Of a stretch of DNA of 64,000 nucleotides, positions 36,041 through 45,119 are shown piece after piece. Positions within the stretch are counted from its first letter, which is position 1, and every line of letters begins with the position of its first letter. This DNA comes from a phage. The notes beneath the pieces were generated by a model. That model had not been told where the DNA came from. It saw nothing but the letters and a program-made list of their open reading frames with translations, and did no database searches. The DNA is taken from sequence record PV808484.1; one strand, written 5' to 3'. Both the position numbers and the translations under genes were made by a program.

Positions 36041-36285
36041 CTGTAGCAGATAAAATGAGAGAAATGGCAGAAAACGCAGAACTTAACAAAGCAAAGGAGA
36101 GTTTACAAAACATCTACGCGTATATTGAAAGAGCAGCTAAAGATGGAGACAGAGAAGCTGCCATATACACGCTTTATCCAACTTTTGTAAAAGTTAGTTT
36201 GGATGCTGAAGGTTTTTCAACTTTTATTGATACAGAAACATCTCATTACGATGAAAATTTTACTCGAATAGTTATTCGATGGTAA
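36037..36285 (+). CDS. hypothetical protein
   Basis: 82 aa ORF; ATGA overlap. Confidence 0.55.
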   Translation: MTVADKMREMAENAELNKAKESLQNIYAYIERAAKDGDREAAIYTLYPTFVKVSLDAEGFSTFIDTETSHYDENFTRIVIRW

Positions 36286-36390
36286 ATTTCTGATATTTAT
36301 GCGCCCTGGCTACCTGGGCGTAATAAATTCAGCTTATATTTGATCCGCGCCTTCGGCGCTTAGGCAAAGCCACGCCACACAGGAGAGTTT

Positions 36391-36801
36391 ATGTTCAAAT
36401 GGTTAAAAGAGTTTCTAACATCTTTGGCAGAACCTAAGCAAGATGTTATTAAAAGCTCTATCACAGGAAAACCGCTTGTTATAGTTACAGGCGGCTTTGG
36501 TCATGGGTTTTCTCTTAAACAAACAGATATAGGTTTACAGGGATCTTTGATTAGTTTTAGAATCACTCAATTAGGAGATAATAGACAAACAATCTTAGAC
36601 CTTTTCAATGGGGAATTTGATGATTATTTATCCAAGAGTGGTAAAGAACGTCTGATCGAGCATATAAAACACCGCTATGAGCATGGTGGTTACTACTTAG
36701 ATACAAAACGTAATGCACAAGGTGATCTTGACATAGTTCGTATAGCGTGGGATAATGAATTTAAAACTAAACTTGGTAAACTTCTGGAGGAGTTATGGTA
36801 A
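36391..36801 (+). CDS. hypothetical protein
   Basis: 136 aa ORF; AGGAGAG SD. Confidence 0.55.
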   Translation: MFKWLKEFLTSLAEPKQDVIKSSITGKPLVIVTGGFGHGFSLKQTDIGLQGSLISFRITQLGDNRQTILDLFNGEFDDYLSKSGKERLIEHIKHRYEHGGYYLDTKRNAQGDLDIVRIAWDNEFKTKLGKLLEELW

Positions 36802-36977
36802 ATATTAAAACAGGTGATATTGTACGTCTTGCTAGTGAAGAAATGTTAATGACTGTAATGGTATCTACCTACGATACTTGCGAAGTGGTGTGGTTTGATG
36901 TTAATGAACAACTACAGAAAGCTACATTTGATAAACGTATGCTTCGTAAAGTTGAAGAAGTGAAGGAGGAAGAATAA
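36795..36977 (+). CDS. hypothetical protein
   Basis: 60 aa ORF. Confidence 0.45.
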   Translation: MVNIKTGDIVRLASEEMLMTVMVSTYDTCEVVWFDVNEQLQKATFDKRMLRKVEEVKEEE

Positions 36978-36978
36978 T

Positions 36979-37191
36979 ATGACAATGTTGCTTCGTATGT
37001 TTGTGTTTCTTATGTTCTGGATTATCGTTGGTAACGGTATTGTGTTTTTGATTTTTCCTGAAGTAATGACAGGTAATGAAAATAAGGCAGTGCCTTACAT
37101 TATGCTTATCGGTTACGGTATTGGTACACTCGGATTACTGTTTGCTGACTGGTTAGTCAATACTTTGTTCTCTAAGTACAGGAACAACTAA
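36979..37191 (+). CDS. small membrane protein
   Basis: 70 aa; two hydrophobic helices. Confidence 0.5.
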   Translation: MTMLLRMFVFLMFWIIVGNGIVFLIFPEVMTGNENKAVPYIMLIGYGIGTLGLLFADWLVNTLFSKYRNN

Positions 37192-37192
37192 T

Positions 37193-37465
37193 ATGTCGGA
37201 AAAATTACCTAATGTTTTCTTTTGTTTTGTAGATTGTGTTACACAAGAAATTATAGTTGACGAAGAAGGTATGTTTACTTATTTTGCATCTGAAGAAGAG
37301 GTAAAACTGTCAGCTATGAAATGTATAAGCCAATTGTCAGTACCTGCTGTCAACAGGTTCGGTATTGCACAGGTGTATAAAACAGTAACAGAGTTTACAC
37401 CAGATCGAAAACTAACTTTTCTTAACGTTCACTTTGTTTGTAAGTTTAGTGAACTACGACATTAA
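37193..37465 (+). CDS. hypothetical protein
   Basis: 90 aa ORF. Confidence 0.5.
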   Translation: MSEKLPNVFFCFVDCVTQEIIVDEEGMFTYFASEEEVKLSAMKCISQLSVPAVNRFGIAQVYKTVTEFTPDRKLTFLNVHFVCKFSELRH

Positions 37466-37478
37466 ATCAGGAGTGAAA

Positions 37479-38078
37479 ATGAAAGAATATTGGAGTGGTG
37501 AGAAGGGCTTACTAAAGCCAGGAATGCTTTTGCGAGTGAAGAACATGTTGATCACACAAGATTACATAATGCCTAATCCTGGAGCATTAGTAGAATTCCT
37601 TACTGCGCGAGATCAACCTGGGGTTGGTGAAATGTGGATTGTAACGTGGATATCTCTCGATGGTAAATTGCGCGTTGCTCCTATTGACCCAAAACACCTA
37701 GAATCTCCTTACGCCAGTATTGATCCTCGGATCATAGATTTGGCTAGAGTTTATAAAGCTCGTACTGGTGTAGAATTAAATGTGGAAATTTTAAATCAAT
37801 GTATTGACTTCTTACCGGAAAAAGTGCATAATGCACAACAAGAAGGTAACGGTTTAGAAGTTGTTCTTCTTAATGATGGGATGTTCTCTGGTTTGGCATC
37901 CGTAGATTTTCCAATAACATTAAGATTGTTACCTGGAGAATATGTACTGGATGAAGATACTATTGCTATATCCTCTAAAATTTTAGAACTCATTCCAGGT
38001 GCAAGGTGTGTTGGTGATACATCTTCCTTGCTGTTTACTCTGAATGAAGAAGCCATTATAGTTAAAAAGGAGAAGTAA
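37479..38078 (+). CDS. hypothetical protein
   Basis: start at ATG (MKEYWSG) after AGGAG SD. Confidence 0.55.
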   Translation: MKEYWSGEKGLLKPGMLLRVKNMLITQDYIMPNPGALVEFLTARDQPGVGEMWIVTWISLDGKLRVAPIDPKHLESPYASIDPRIIDLARVYKARTGVELNVEILNQCIDFLPEKVHNAQQEGNGLEVVLLNDGMFSGLASVDFPITLRLLPGEYVLDEDTIAISSKILELIPGARCVGDTSSLLFTLNEEAIIVKKEK

Positions 38079-38183
38079 ATGATGACGTTTATTGTTGGTG
38101 TTATTGTTGGTTATTTTGGTCACAAGTACCAGGATGTTATCATCGCTAAAGTTGACGAAGTAATCGAAAAATTTAAACACTAA
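38079..38183 (+). CDS. small hydrophobic peptide (34 aa)
   Basis: MMTFIVGVIVGYFGHKYQDVIIAKVDEVIEKFKH; AAGGAGAAG SD. Confidence 0.3.
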   Translation: MMTFIVGVIVGYFGHKYQDVIIAKVDEVIEKFKH

Positions 38184-38193
38184 TTTTTTAAAA

Positions 38194-38221
38194 GGCTGTA
38201 CTGCTGTGCAGCCTATCTTTC
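38194..38221 (+). terminator. possible terminator hairpin
   Basis: GGCTGTAC-TGCT-GTGCAGCC then TATCTTTC. Confidence 0.4.
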
Positions 38222-38234
38222 AAAGGAGAGTAAA

Positions 38235-38408
38235 ATGTTCAAAGATACCAATTATAAATGTGTACATTGCGGTAAATCTTTTGGTGATCACAAAGCTAAA
38301 ACATTCAATTGTCCACGAAAAGGGCGGGGTAGCTTTAAAGGTTTTAATCCATCCCACGTTTACTCTCCCAACTACGACAAACCAGAAGAAGAAAAATTTG
38401 TAATCTGA
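38235..38408 (+). CDS. small zinc-ribbon-like protein (57 aa)
   Basis: MFKDTNYKCVHCGKSFGDHKAKTFNCPRKG...; AAAGGAGAG SD; preferred over overlapping ORF-track frame 38206-38403. Confidence 0.45.
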   Translation: MFKDTNYKCVHCGKSFGDHKAKTFNCPRKGRGSFKGFNPSHVYSPNYDKPEEEKFVI

Positions 38409-38417
38409 GGAGGCAAT

Positions 38418-38705
38418 ATGGAACTAGTGCAAGAAGTTTATGAAAAACTGAAAGAAGAGAATCTTGATTGGCCTGAACATGCTCTTATTGTCGTCAAAGA
38501 TACTAATGGTGAAATAAAATTCTCAAGTGTAAGTGAAGATGATGTTGTTTTAAGTCCTACAGGGTATTATATGAGAGGTGTTACGTGTCTATTCAACACC
38601 AAAGTGTATCCTGAAATTAAACTTAGTTACGGTGAACCTGATCATCCAGAAATCGTTACACGTAATGAATATGAAAATTATTATTTTGCTCGTGAAAGCA
38701 AATAA
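38418..38705 (+). CDS. hypothetical protein
   Basis: 95 aa ORF; GAGGAGG SD. Confidence 0.55.
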   Translation: MELVQEVYEKLKEENLDWPEHALIVVKDTNGEIKFSSVSEDDVVLSPTGYYMRGVTCLFNTKVYPEIKLSYGEPDHPEIVTRNEYENYYFARESK

Positions 38706-38713
38706 GGAAAACT

Positions 38714-39037
38714 ATGCAAAAAATAAACACTGGTTCTCGTCCTAAACAGAAGCAAACAAAAGCAAGGGTATCTTATGTTGACAACTCTTGTTATAATTTC
38801 AAAAATGTTAAAGAAGTTATCATTGATGAAAAAGAAGGTTTGATTCACATTTCATCTGAACGTTTGAAAGGTAGTGTTACTCTTCGTGAGAATGTATCTA
38901 TACCTATGAAAGTTGTGGCTACACTCTGTGTTGATAAGCCAGATGTTGTTAACTACTATGTGTTCCGTGATAGTTGTATTTCATTACATAATAAGATTTT
39001 TAAATCTTCGCACGTTAAAACAAAACACATTGTATAA
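38714..39037 (+). CDS. hypothetical protein
   Basis: 107 aa ORF; AAGGAAAA SD. Confidence 0.55.
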   Translation: MQKINTGSRPKQKQTKARVSYVDNSCYNFKNVKEVIIDEKEGLIHISSERLKGSVTLRENVSIPMKVVATLCVDKPDVVNYYVFRDSCISLHNKIFKSSHVKTKHIV

Positions 39038-39042
39038 CACAT

Positions 39043-39067
39043 AAACCCGCTTCGGCGGGTTTTCTTG
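39043..39067 (+). terminator. rho-independent terminator
   Basis: AAACCCGC-TTCG-GCGGGTTT then TCTTG; same hairpin as 12048. Confidence 0.7.
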
Positions 39068-39122
39068 TATATATGCTCTTTGTGTGTTTTTATTTGTCTT
39101 AGCCTAAACAGTAGGAGGTCTT

Positions 39123-39344
39123 ATGTCTGTAGTTGTAGAAGGTAGTATTGGTTTCTTAGTAGATAACCCTCACCCTTTCGTGGTTAAGGTTCATATTCAA
39201 GAAAAGGTAAGCAACAATACGTGGTTGTGCTTGTTAGATAGTAAGATACACTCTTATACAGAGGTTTATCTTCACACTTGGCAAATTGGTACGATAACAG
39301 CAGAGGATGAATTGATAATTGAATTATATGAACGAGATCTATAG
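39123..39344 (+). CDS. hypothetical protein
   Basis: 73 aa ORF; AGGAGG SD. Confidence 0.55.
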   Translation: MSVVVEGSIGFLVDNPHPFVVKVHIQEKVSNNTWLCLLDSKIHSYTEVYLHTWQIGTITAEDELIIELYERDL

Positions 39345-39419
39345 ATGACTTTACTAGAGAGTATCGTAGTGTTAATCATCTTTATCATTGTTGTCATAGG
39401 ATATTTTACAGAAGACTAA
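39345..39419 (+). CDS. possible micro-peptide (24 aa, hydrophobic)
   Basis: MTLLESIVVLIIFIIVVIGYFTED; ATG overlaps upstream stop. Confidence 0.2.
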   Translation: MTLLESIVVLIIFIIVVIGYFTED

Positions 39420-39423
39420 AATA

Positions 39424-39457
39424 AAGCCCCTAGAATCGCTTCTAGGGGCTTTTGTTT
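39424..39457. terminator. bidirectional terminator at convergent operon junction
   Basis: AGCCCCTAG-AATCGCTT-CTAGGGGCT flanked by A-run upstream and T-run downstream. Confidence 0.7.
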
Positions 39458-39519
39458 GCATTAGATAGGGAAACGTATTACTAAGATAAAAAGTGCGTTA
39501 GAATGCGTTACAGGAGGTT

Positions 39520-39777
39520 TTAGGAATGCATAAAATCTTCTTCAGGGCAGGTTGAAAGATAAGAGATGCACGTTGGGACAACAACAACATTGTCTTTAAG
39601 GTTTGCAACCAAGCCTTTTGTAATTCCAGCCACTGCCCCGTTAATATCTGCTTGACGGATACCAAAACCTTGTTGTGCGGATAGATAACAAAATCCCTCA
39701 CCTTTCTGTTGATTATTATTGAAGTAATAAACGTAGTGCATCATAAAATGGTCTTTAACGATTTGTTCTGTGGTCAT
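39520..39777 (-). CDS. hypothetical protein
   Basis: 85 aa; AGGAGA SD. Confidence 0.5.
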   Translation of the reverse strand: MTTEQIVKDHFMMHYVYYFNNNQQKGEGFCYLSAQQGFGIRQADINGAVAGITKGLVANLKDNVVVVPTCISYLSTCPEEDFMHS

Positions 39778-39797
39778 AATATTCTCCTATAAGAAAA

Positions 39798-39811
39798 GGG
39801 GCTTTCGCCCC
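39798..39811 (-). terminator. intergenic GNRA-loop hairpin (attenuator-like) abutting RBS
   Basis: minus-strand RNA GGGGCGAAAGCCCC then UUUUCUUAUAGGAG and ATG. Confidence 0.45.
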
Positions 39812-39821
39812 CTTGGTCAAG

Positions 39822-40634
39822 TTACTTAGTCAAATGATCTTCTATCATTTTTATGAAAGCAGGATTGCTAAAAGCATCTGCTGCCTTTTCTCTATAAACA
39901 AAGACTCCTCTATCTTCGTAAAGAAGAGTTTCTTCGTAATTAATTCCTGGGTTAACAACAATCATTTTTGTACCCATATTAAGTGCAGGGAATAATTCCC
40001 AATTAAAATTGATAACTTGGTTTGAACATCCTACTACAACAACCAAATCTTGCATGGTCAAAGTATCAAACAAGTGAGCCATATCTGCATACAAAGGTGC
40101 AGCCTCACCAAAAAATACAACATTAGGCTTCACCCAGTTATAATCATCTATGTTTATACTATTGTAACCAATGTCTACCAGTGTTTTGTAATCTCCAGGA
40201 TGCATACGGTAAACTACTTCAGGAAGATACCCGTGCACGTGAATAACAGAATCCCTGTCCACACCTGCTCGCTCTAGTAGATCATCAACGTTTGTTGTCA
40301 AGTTTACTACTTGGTTAGGATATTCCTTAAACCACTTTGCTATTTGAATATGTGCAGCATTAGGTTGTACATCTTTAAGCTCAACACGTCTTTTGTTATA
40401 AAATTCGTGTGTTTTGGCATACAAGTCCATACCGTTCTCGTCTACACCACCGACCACTGGAAGATCTGGAGATGTTCTCACACGATAACCTGCTTGGAAA
40501 GCTCCAATATCGCAGACCTCTTCTAAGTCATATTCTTCCCATAAGGCACGACCACTATCTGTGTCTGTTCGGAACGTTCGAATCCCACTGTCTGCACTTA
40601 AACCTGCGCCACTAACAAAAATTACTCTTCGCAT
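39822..40634 (-). CDS. Sir2-family NAD-dependent protein
   Basis: GAGLSADSGIRTFR, TTNVDDL, VHG motifs; no CxxC zinc module seen. Confidence 0.75.
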   Translation of the reverse strand: MRRVIFVSGAGLSADSGIRTFRTDTDSGRALWEEYDLEEVCDIGAFQAGYRVRTSPDLPVVGGVDENGMDLYAKTHEFYNKRRVELKDVQPNAAHIQIAKWFKEYPNQVVNLTTNVDDLLERAGVDRDSVIHVHGYLPEVVYRMHPGDYKTLVDIGYNSINIDDYNWVKPNVVFFGEAAPLYADMAHLFDTLTMQDLVVVVGCSNQVINFNWELFPALNMGTKMIVVNPGINYEETLLYEDRGVFVYREKAADAFSNPAFIKMIEDHLTK

Positions 40635-40645
40635 TCAATATCCTC

Positions 40646-41176
40646 TTAGTAATCATCATCCCAAGAAGATGCGTCGTAACGCTCTTCCTCTTCGAAATCC
40701 CAATTAATTTCTACTCCAAAATCTAAAAACAATTTAACAATGTTTTCTGTAGAGTAGTATTTATCATAAGCATTAGCTAGTTCCCAATACTTGTCACTCA
40801 ATTTTTTATATTTAGGATCATTATAGTCATAATCTACTTTATAACCATAATCATACATCTCTTGTTCAGCTTTAAGCATAGCTTCTGGTGTAAGAAGATT
40901 AGGGAACGGACGATTTCTTTCTTTTAACTTAGAAGCAATCCAGTTTGCAACATTCGCCACTTCACCATCTCGATTATCACCTAAACAACTTGCATAATCT
41001 CCATCTTCGTAAGTGCCTAAATCCCCACTAACTTCATGTACAATAGACGAATACGATCCACACGTTTCACAATCTGAAAAAGTGTCTACTGTTGTAATAT
41101 CAATAGATAAAACTGGTAAAGCCATAGCTTCTTTCACACAAGCCTCCTCATATAATAACATGTCATCAAAACCCAT
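40646..41176 (-). CDS. hypothetical acidic protein
   Basis: start at internal ATG with GGAGGA SD; acidic C-terminus. Confidence 0.5.
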   Translation of the reverse strand: MGFDDMLLYEEACVKEAMALPVLSIDITTVDTFSDCETCGSYSSIVHEVSGDLGTYEDGDYASCLGDNRDGEVANVANWIASKLKERNRPFPNLLTPEAMLKAEQEMYDYGYKVDYDYNDPKYKKLSDKYWELANAYDKYYSTENIVKLFLDFGVEINWDFEEEERYDASSWDDDY

Positions 41177-41230
41177 ATATCCTCCAGACAAATAAAGCCC
41201 CTGTTTGGGGCTTTGGTTAAGTTTTACGGA

Positions 41231-41842
41231 TTATACCAGACTTTTAAGGTACTTGTCAAGGGCTTCTTGATCACCTTGACAAACATAGCAACGGAAGTCT
41301 TGAGCAGAAGGTTCTTTGTCCTCGTCCCAATCCCAATAGACAGTACCTTTATAGCGTGAGCCTGGGAACTCGAAGTATGCCACATGAGTAATATGGTGTG
41401 GGCCACCCCAAAATTCTGTAAAAGTAAATTGAGGATACGCTGCTTTAACTGTATTTTCAAACCAAGTTTTACGATCTAATGCTTCGTTTATAAAATAAGC
41501 ATGGCGTTCCATTTCATCCCAATCTTTCCAAACGCATTTTTCATCCAGAGAAAAAACAAAATCTTCACTGTTAAAATCGTCTGTATCTGATTCCAAAATA
41601 TCATAATCATGTGCACTAGGTATCCACCATCCAGCTTCTAATAGTGCTTTTGCAGGTACAAAACCTTTTTCAGCATATTGATCAAATTCTTTTACTCTAC
41701 GTACAGTGCAGTATTCATCTTCACCACCAATGTCCAGTAGACAAGCACCTTTGCGTCTTGCTGCAAGACCATGTGTATCAAAAACTACAACACTACCTTC
41801 ACCGTCTTCACGATCTACTTGATATGCAACTTTTTGAGTCAT
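41231..41842 (-). CDS. hypothetical protein
   Basis: 203 aa ORF. Confidence 0.55.
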   Translation of the reverse strand: MTQKVAYQVDREDGEGSVVVFDTHGLAARRKGACLLDIGGEDEYCTVRRVKEFDQYAEKGFVPAKALLEAGWWIPSAHDYDILESDTDDFNSEDFVFSLDEKCVWKDWDEMERHAYFINEALDRKTWFENTVKAAYPQFTFTEFWGGPHHITHVAYFEFPGSRYKGTVYWDWDEDKEPSAQDFRCYVCQGDQEALDKYLKSLV

Positions 41843-41965
41843 ATTACCCCCAATGTATATGGGAAATTAACCAAAAGATAAATTCCCAAAAACACCAACC
41901 AAGAAAAGTTAATGGAATTATAAAGGCTATCAGAGCAGTCTTCCAGCCTTTCCACAATGTTTCCA

Positions 41966-42955
41966 CTATTCCTCCATACATTTAAGAATATGTGCAATGA
42001 CAGGTATAGTCCAACCGTTACCTAACATCTTATATGCTTGTGTGTTACTACTCACTTTAAAGTAATCATCTGGCACACCTTGCAAGCGGCAACACTCTTT
42101 AACCGTTAACTTTCTATAATGTACGCCTTCACTCAATTTTTCAAAGGCATCTAGATATCTTCCAGGTGGAATGTAGGCTAATAGTACGTCTTTAGGCACA
42201 GTCGTGAGGCAACGAGTTTTTTCACTGTCCTGAACTTCCAAACAATGTACCAAACGATCAGTTTTAGATGTACTACGTTTGCCATTTTCATTAATTCTAC
42301 GCCCATATATTGCTGCCGGATAAAAAACCAGTTGTCTGCGACTCTTTTCAAAATACTGTTCTATATTACCACCTTTGGCATAATTTGCATCTATGCAATA
42401 AGCCTTATCTCTGTCTACAATACTATCATCTTCAATGATATCTTGCAACACTTCATTGGTAATCTCCCAGGGTTTTATTTCCCAGTTGCACCAGTATAAA
42501 CGTTGTCTATTCTGTGCCGTGAAATCTGCGGAGTTAATGAATACGGGATCAACACCTAAGTAACTTGTGATCACGTTTTCCCACTCCACTTTCATCTTAA
42601 CGTTTTCAAGCATGAACTTAACATTAGGATTAAACTTTTTAATATGTTCAAGAATTTCAACATATTCGAAGAATAGCTTAGATCGCGGATCTTGAAAGTT
42701 CAAACCCTTACCAGAAGAAGAGAAGCCTTGACACGGACTACCACCTAACAAAAGATCAATTTCTCCCCACGGGATATCCCATTCTCTCCATTTTGTAACA
42801 TCACCTAACTGAATAATATCTGGAAAATTTGCTTGGCTTTCAGCTACGGCAAATTTGTCTAATTCTGAAGCGTAATATGTATCTACTTCAATACCTGCAC
42901 TTTTTAGCGCAAGCATTCCTCCTGACATACCATCAAAAAGACTTAAAACTTTCAT
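41966..42955 (-). CDS. dcm: DNA cytosine-5 methyltransferase
   Basis: LFDGMSGG (motif I), GGSPCQGFS (motif IV), MLENV (motif VI). Confidence 0.85.
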   Translation of the reverse strand: MKVLSLFDGMSGGMLALKSAGIEVDTYYASELDKFAVAESQANFPDIIQLGDVTKWREWDIPWGEIDLLLGGSPCQGFSSSGKGLNFQDPRSKLFFEYVEILEHIKKFNPNVKFMLENVKMKVEWENVITSYLGVDPVFINSADFTAQNRQRLYWCNWEIKPWEITNEVLQDIIEDDSIVDRDKAYCIDANYAKGGNIEQYFEKSRRQLVFYPAAIYGRRINENGKRSTSKTDRLVHCLEVQDSEKTRCLTTVPKDVLLAYIPPGRYLDAFEKLSEGVHYRKLTVKECCRLQGVPDDYFKVSSNTQAYKMLGNGWTIPVIAHILKCMEE

Positions 42956-42957
42956 TA

Positions 42958-43368
42958 TTACTTCTTCTCCTTAACACTAGCTGGTAATTCTGCCTTGAGG
43001 CAGAAGTTTAAACGGTAAGCCTCATTCTCATTTAAAAGTACAGATTCACACGATAACCAGAACAAGAGATCCTCAATACCAGGACTGTTAAGCCAACAGT
43101 GCAGAAGAGAATGTTGTTCTATATCAATGTAATTTAGTAACAAGGCTTGTAAGGCGTAACTAGTTCCTGTCGTTTTTGCTTTTTCAAGGATGATATTGTG
43201 TTTACTAACAACTTTCTTCCTAAGACCAAACCATTTATTAACAACAACAGTCTCTTCTTGTAGTTGTTTTCTTATTTTCTCACATTCTTTAACTACAATC
43301 TGCATCTTATCCACTGCTGATTGAAGTTGTTCTTTTGTTGGGTTTACAAAATAATCACTATAATACAT
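42958..43368 (-). CDS. hypothetical protein
   Basis: 136 aa ORF; GAGGAG SD. Confidence 0.55.
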   Translation of the reverse strand: MYYSDYFVNPTKEQLQSAVDKMQIVVKECEKIRKQLQEETVVVNKWFGLRKKVVSKHNIILEKAKTTGTSYALQALLLNYIDIEQHSLLHCWLNSPGIEDLLFWLSCESVLLNENEAYRLNFCLKAELPASVKEKK

Positions 43369-43394
43369 GCTAAACTCCTCTTCTGTTTTTCTGT

Positions 43395-43423
43395 AGTCTA
43401 TTCGAAAAAACTGGTGTTGTCAA
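43395..43423 (-). promoter_or_regulatory. sigma70-like promoter (minus strand)
   Basis: reverse complement reads TTGACA-17-TAGACT. Confidence 0.4.
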
Positions 43424-43450
43424 CAAAAAACCCGCCGAAGCGGGTTTATA
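43423..43450 (-). terminator. rho-independent terminator
   Basis: minus-strand CCCGC-TTCG-GCGGG followed by TTTTTTG. Confidence 0.65.
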
Positions 43451-43708
43451 TTATTCTACAGGAACTTCTTCACCAAGAGAAACTTCTAAACGGAATGCTT
43501 TACTTTCAATACATTCACTACCTTTTAAGAAATCGAATTGCACTATAGACTGACTTAATAGAATAGATAGAATCACATCGCAATCTTCACTAGGGGCTAG
43601 ATGTTTGTATTCTTCCTTCAAGGTAACATCATAAAAACATAAGTCCCCTACTCCTAGTTCATCCCATCCTTCCCATGCATCTACAAAGTTAAATTCTAAA
43701 CCTTTCAT
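43451..43708 (-). CDS. hypothetical protein
   Basis: 85 aa; GAGGAGG SD. Confidence 0.55.
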   Translation of the reverse strand: MKGLEFNFVDAWEGWDELGVGDLCFYDVTLKEEYKHLAPSEDCDVILSILLSQSIVQFDFLKGSECIESKAFRLEVSLGEEVPVE

Positions 43709-44229
43709 ACAACCTCCTCGTAATCGTTATTGTGTTTTACTGTCTCAACATACAATAAAGATTCCATCTGTAATACATTACCAGAAAGAATAAACCCATA
43801 AGCCATTTCAGATGTGTCTATATCATATGCCCCGTCTTCCGGTTTAGCAAAGTGTAAAACTATTTCATCTGGGTTTTCTGCATCCCATAGTTTAGAAATT
43901 TTCCGAACCAGAATGTTAGCTAAAATAGTTGACATTCGGGATAAAGCTGTATCCTCATATCTTTTAAAACCTAGCCAATAGAGGTTAAGAATTTCTACTT
44001 CTTCTTGTGTTAAGTTTTTGTCTAAAGTAATCAGATCTGTAGAGCACGGCGTTTTTGTTGAACCTACTGTTACAAAACCTGGAGTGTTATGAAAAACAAT
44101 CTTAACTTTATCACGTATAAAGTTTAAACCTTGTGCCTCAACTATATATTGTATTGTAGGTACAATATCGTTTGTTACATCAATAAAACTATCTTTAATG
44201 ACGCTTATATTATTTCTGGACAAGACCAT
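43705..44229 (-). CDS. hypothetical protein
   Basis: 174 aa ORF. Confidence 0.55.
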   Translation of the reverse strand: MVLSRNNISVIKDSFIDVTNDIVPTIQYIVEAQGLNFIRDKVKIVFHNTPGFVTVGSTKTPCSTDLITLDKNLTQEEVEILNLYWLGFKRYEDTALSRMSTILANILVRKISKLWDAENPDEIVLHFAKPEDGAYDIDTSEMAYGFILSGNVLQMESLLYVETVKHNNDYEEVV

Positions 44230-44788
44230 TCTCCTCTAAAATAGGCTTAATAAATTCGAAAATTTGTTTTTTACTTTTACCTCGAATATTAAAACAAGGA
44301 ACATTAAACTTTTTAGCCAACATCCAAGCTGTTCTTGTACCACCTAAAGGATCTCCATTTTTATCTGTATTTGCACAAGCTAAAAGAAAACAAGATGGTT
44401 TTGGATTCTCAAGATCTCTTCCAAGAACTTGGTGGATATTTCTTTGATGTAATTTTTTAGCACCTTGAGATAATCTGTCCCAAGCTGGATGCAATTCTTT
44501 TGCATATTGCAAGGTTAGAGCATAGTTTACACTATCTGGTCTGTCAAGAACAATAACCTCTCCCTCTATTTCATTACCTTTAAACGAGAGCCAAGGGATG
44601 TATATTTCTTTCTTTGTATTGTTCCCACTATCATATACCCCGCATTCAAATGCGGAATCTGCACCTTCTGCTTTACCGGATCGCAAAATGAACCATGTAG
44701 ATAACCATTTTGCAACAGATACCATAGTATCCCATTCTTCGTCTGTAATATCTCTGCTACCAACACCTGTGTAGAATAAATCGCTCAT
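44210..44788 (-). CDS. DprA/Smf-like (SLOG-type Rossmann) domain protein
   Basis: start at internal ATG with AAGGAG SD; YTGVGSR, SGKAEGADSAFECG, GGTRTAWMLAKKFNVPCF resemble DprA motifs. Confidence 0.5.
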   Translation of the reverse strand: MSDLFYTGVGSRDITDEEWDTMVSVAKWLSTWFILRSGKAEGADSAFECGVYDSGNNTKKEIYIPWLSFKGNEIEGEVIVLDRPDSVNYALTLQYAKELHPAWDRLSQGAKKLHQRNIHQVLGRDLENPKPSCFLLACANTDKNGDPLGGTRTAWMLAKKFNVPCFNIRGKSKKQIFEFIKPILEENGLVQK

Positions 44789-44798
44789 GGTTTTCTCC

Positions 44799-45119
44799 TT
44801 AACAAGTAATATTGGGAGTAACAATTGGATTAACAATTGGAGTAATAGGGTACGTAAACCAAGGGCTTCCAATTTCCCAAGGATAATAAGGTCTACGAGG
44901 ATCGTATGGAGGAGTTACTTCAGGCTTTTTCCAAATCTCCGCTAATTGTTTCTTCCATTTATCCCTTGCTGTCTCATTATCTTCATCCAACTGTTCATCA
45001 TTATCTTTTATTTCTGGTTTTGGAAATAAAAGCTCTTTGACTAATTCAACATCTTCCGTCTCAATAGTAGTTTCTTTCGTAAGTTCTCCTACTGTTTCTT
45101 TAATTGTGATTTTATACAT
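44799..45119 (-). CDS. hypothetical Pro-rich protein
   Basis: 106 aa; Pro/Thr-rich C-terminus. Confidence 0.5.
   Translation of the reverse strand: MYKITIKETVGELTKETTIETEDVELVKELLFPKPEIKDNDEQLDEDNETARDKWKKQLAEIWKKPEVTPPYDPRRPYYPWEIGSPWFTYPITPIVNPIVTPNITC

Noticed and set aside
38206-38403. ORF-track frame 38206-38403 (65 aa)
   Set aside because: It begins at a GTG inside the terminator hairpin and reads through the SD of the alternative frame; the ATG-initiated zinc-ribbon ORF 38235-38408 with AAAGGAGAG SD is preferred.
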